Below are positions 62,991-64,000 of a stretch of DNA of 64,000 nt, piece by piece (the stretch's first letter is position 1; every line of letters starts with the position of its first letter). The stretch is from Eledone cirrhosa. Taxonomy: Eukaryota. The position numbers and the translations under genes are program-made. The stretch covers positions 31,558,001 to 31,622,000 of the forward strand of contig OZ024743.1 of assembly GCA_964016885.1 (NCBI GenBank), in the 5' to 3' direction. The notes below the pieces were generated by a model. The model did not search any database. It saw only the letters and a list, made by a program, of their open reading frames with translations, and was not told where the DNA came from.

Positions 62991-63828
62991 TTTAATTGAT
63001 TGATCTTTATAATTACTGAGCTTTCGAAACTCTTTCGAGGAGACGTTTCGATCTGATGGAACGTTCATGTCAGTTAAGAAACGTTTTCTATTTAGGGCCG
63101 TTCAAACTTATAACAGATCTGTTGGACTTGATTGTTCGTTCAGTGTTCACAGGGAAATCCCATGGGATTATCACGTTCTCGCTCCTTATTACTACATCTG
63201 GGTGATGTTCTCTCCGTCTTCAGACCATACGACCTGTACATTAACCTGTGTAAGTATTGCCCCACTCTATCATTCGTCGTTTTATAAGCTTCAAAAGAAA
63301 ACTTTTACCAATTCAAGTTTAAAGTTGTCACGTTCTCTTATGGACACTAAGTGATTTTTTACGACTTACGTTTAAATAAGATAAAATTCATTCTATTGAG
63401 AATACACCTCATAAATCCGGCTAAGGTCCGATCGTCCGAGTCCATAGTTAACATCAACACACCGCCTTAGTTTAGACGGAAAGGGCAGGCAGTTTTCCAT
63501 AGCGAAAGAGGTTGTGTGGTGGATGAGGTTGAAAGTAATGAAAACGGACAGTTTTCTCTTCGGCTAAAACCTTATCACATCGAAAGGAACGTGAGGGTTA
63601 AGAGGGAAGTGCTGCCCCCTAATACATTTAAATTCACATTTGATAATCGATGGTTACATTAATTATGATGAAAATGATGAAGATAAGGATGATTATCACC
63701 ATGATCATTCGCTTGATTACTATCACCTTCGATATACAGGGTCAATGTGATGTTTTATGTATATATATAATGATCCCGTTAAGGGTGAAAGCAGCTATTC
63801 TTTGCTTAAACTTTAATCTGTTATTTTA

Positions 63829-63901
<73 letters not shown>

Positions 63902-64000
63902 CCTAAGCATCGAGTATTCTGATGCGTTTTGGTCCACCTGCTATCTTACCACTGTATATATATATAGAGTGAGAGTGAGAGACAGTGAGAGAGAGATAGA

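Overview
AT-rich animal genomic DNA, intergenic or intronic. The SINE types and the extreme (TA)n load suggest a cephalopod such as octopus (inference). I cannot support any intact host protein-coding gene; most ORF-track entries are microsatellite artefacts. The window is a nest of mobile elements: a CR1/L2-group LINE (1-2980), a decayed Rep/PIF1 Helitron (18832-24510), RTE fragments, an R4/Dong-like RLE LINE in (TAA)n, two tRNA-SINE families, a mariner-type MITE, a U6 pseudogene, and remnants of about ten distinct Penelope-like element (PLE) families. The main signal is in the PLE ends. Nearly every non-coding island between (TA)n tracts is a PLE 3' end carrying a type I hammerhead ribozyme (HHR) motif. 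Many have long branched stem II insertions, U3-A8 covariant cores and palindromic stem III. They recur as head-to-head fold-back insertions with both 3' ends running into (TA)n, and in the short copies the fold-back point lies at or near the ribozyme. One family is a non-coding 552-bp HHR tandem repeat, resembling a retrozyme or circRNA-derived element. Folds and alignments were done by eye; most boundaries are approximate to about 10-20 bp.
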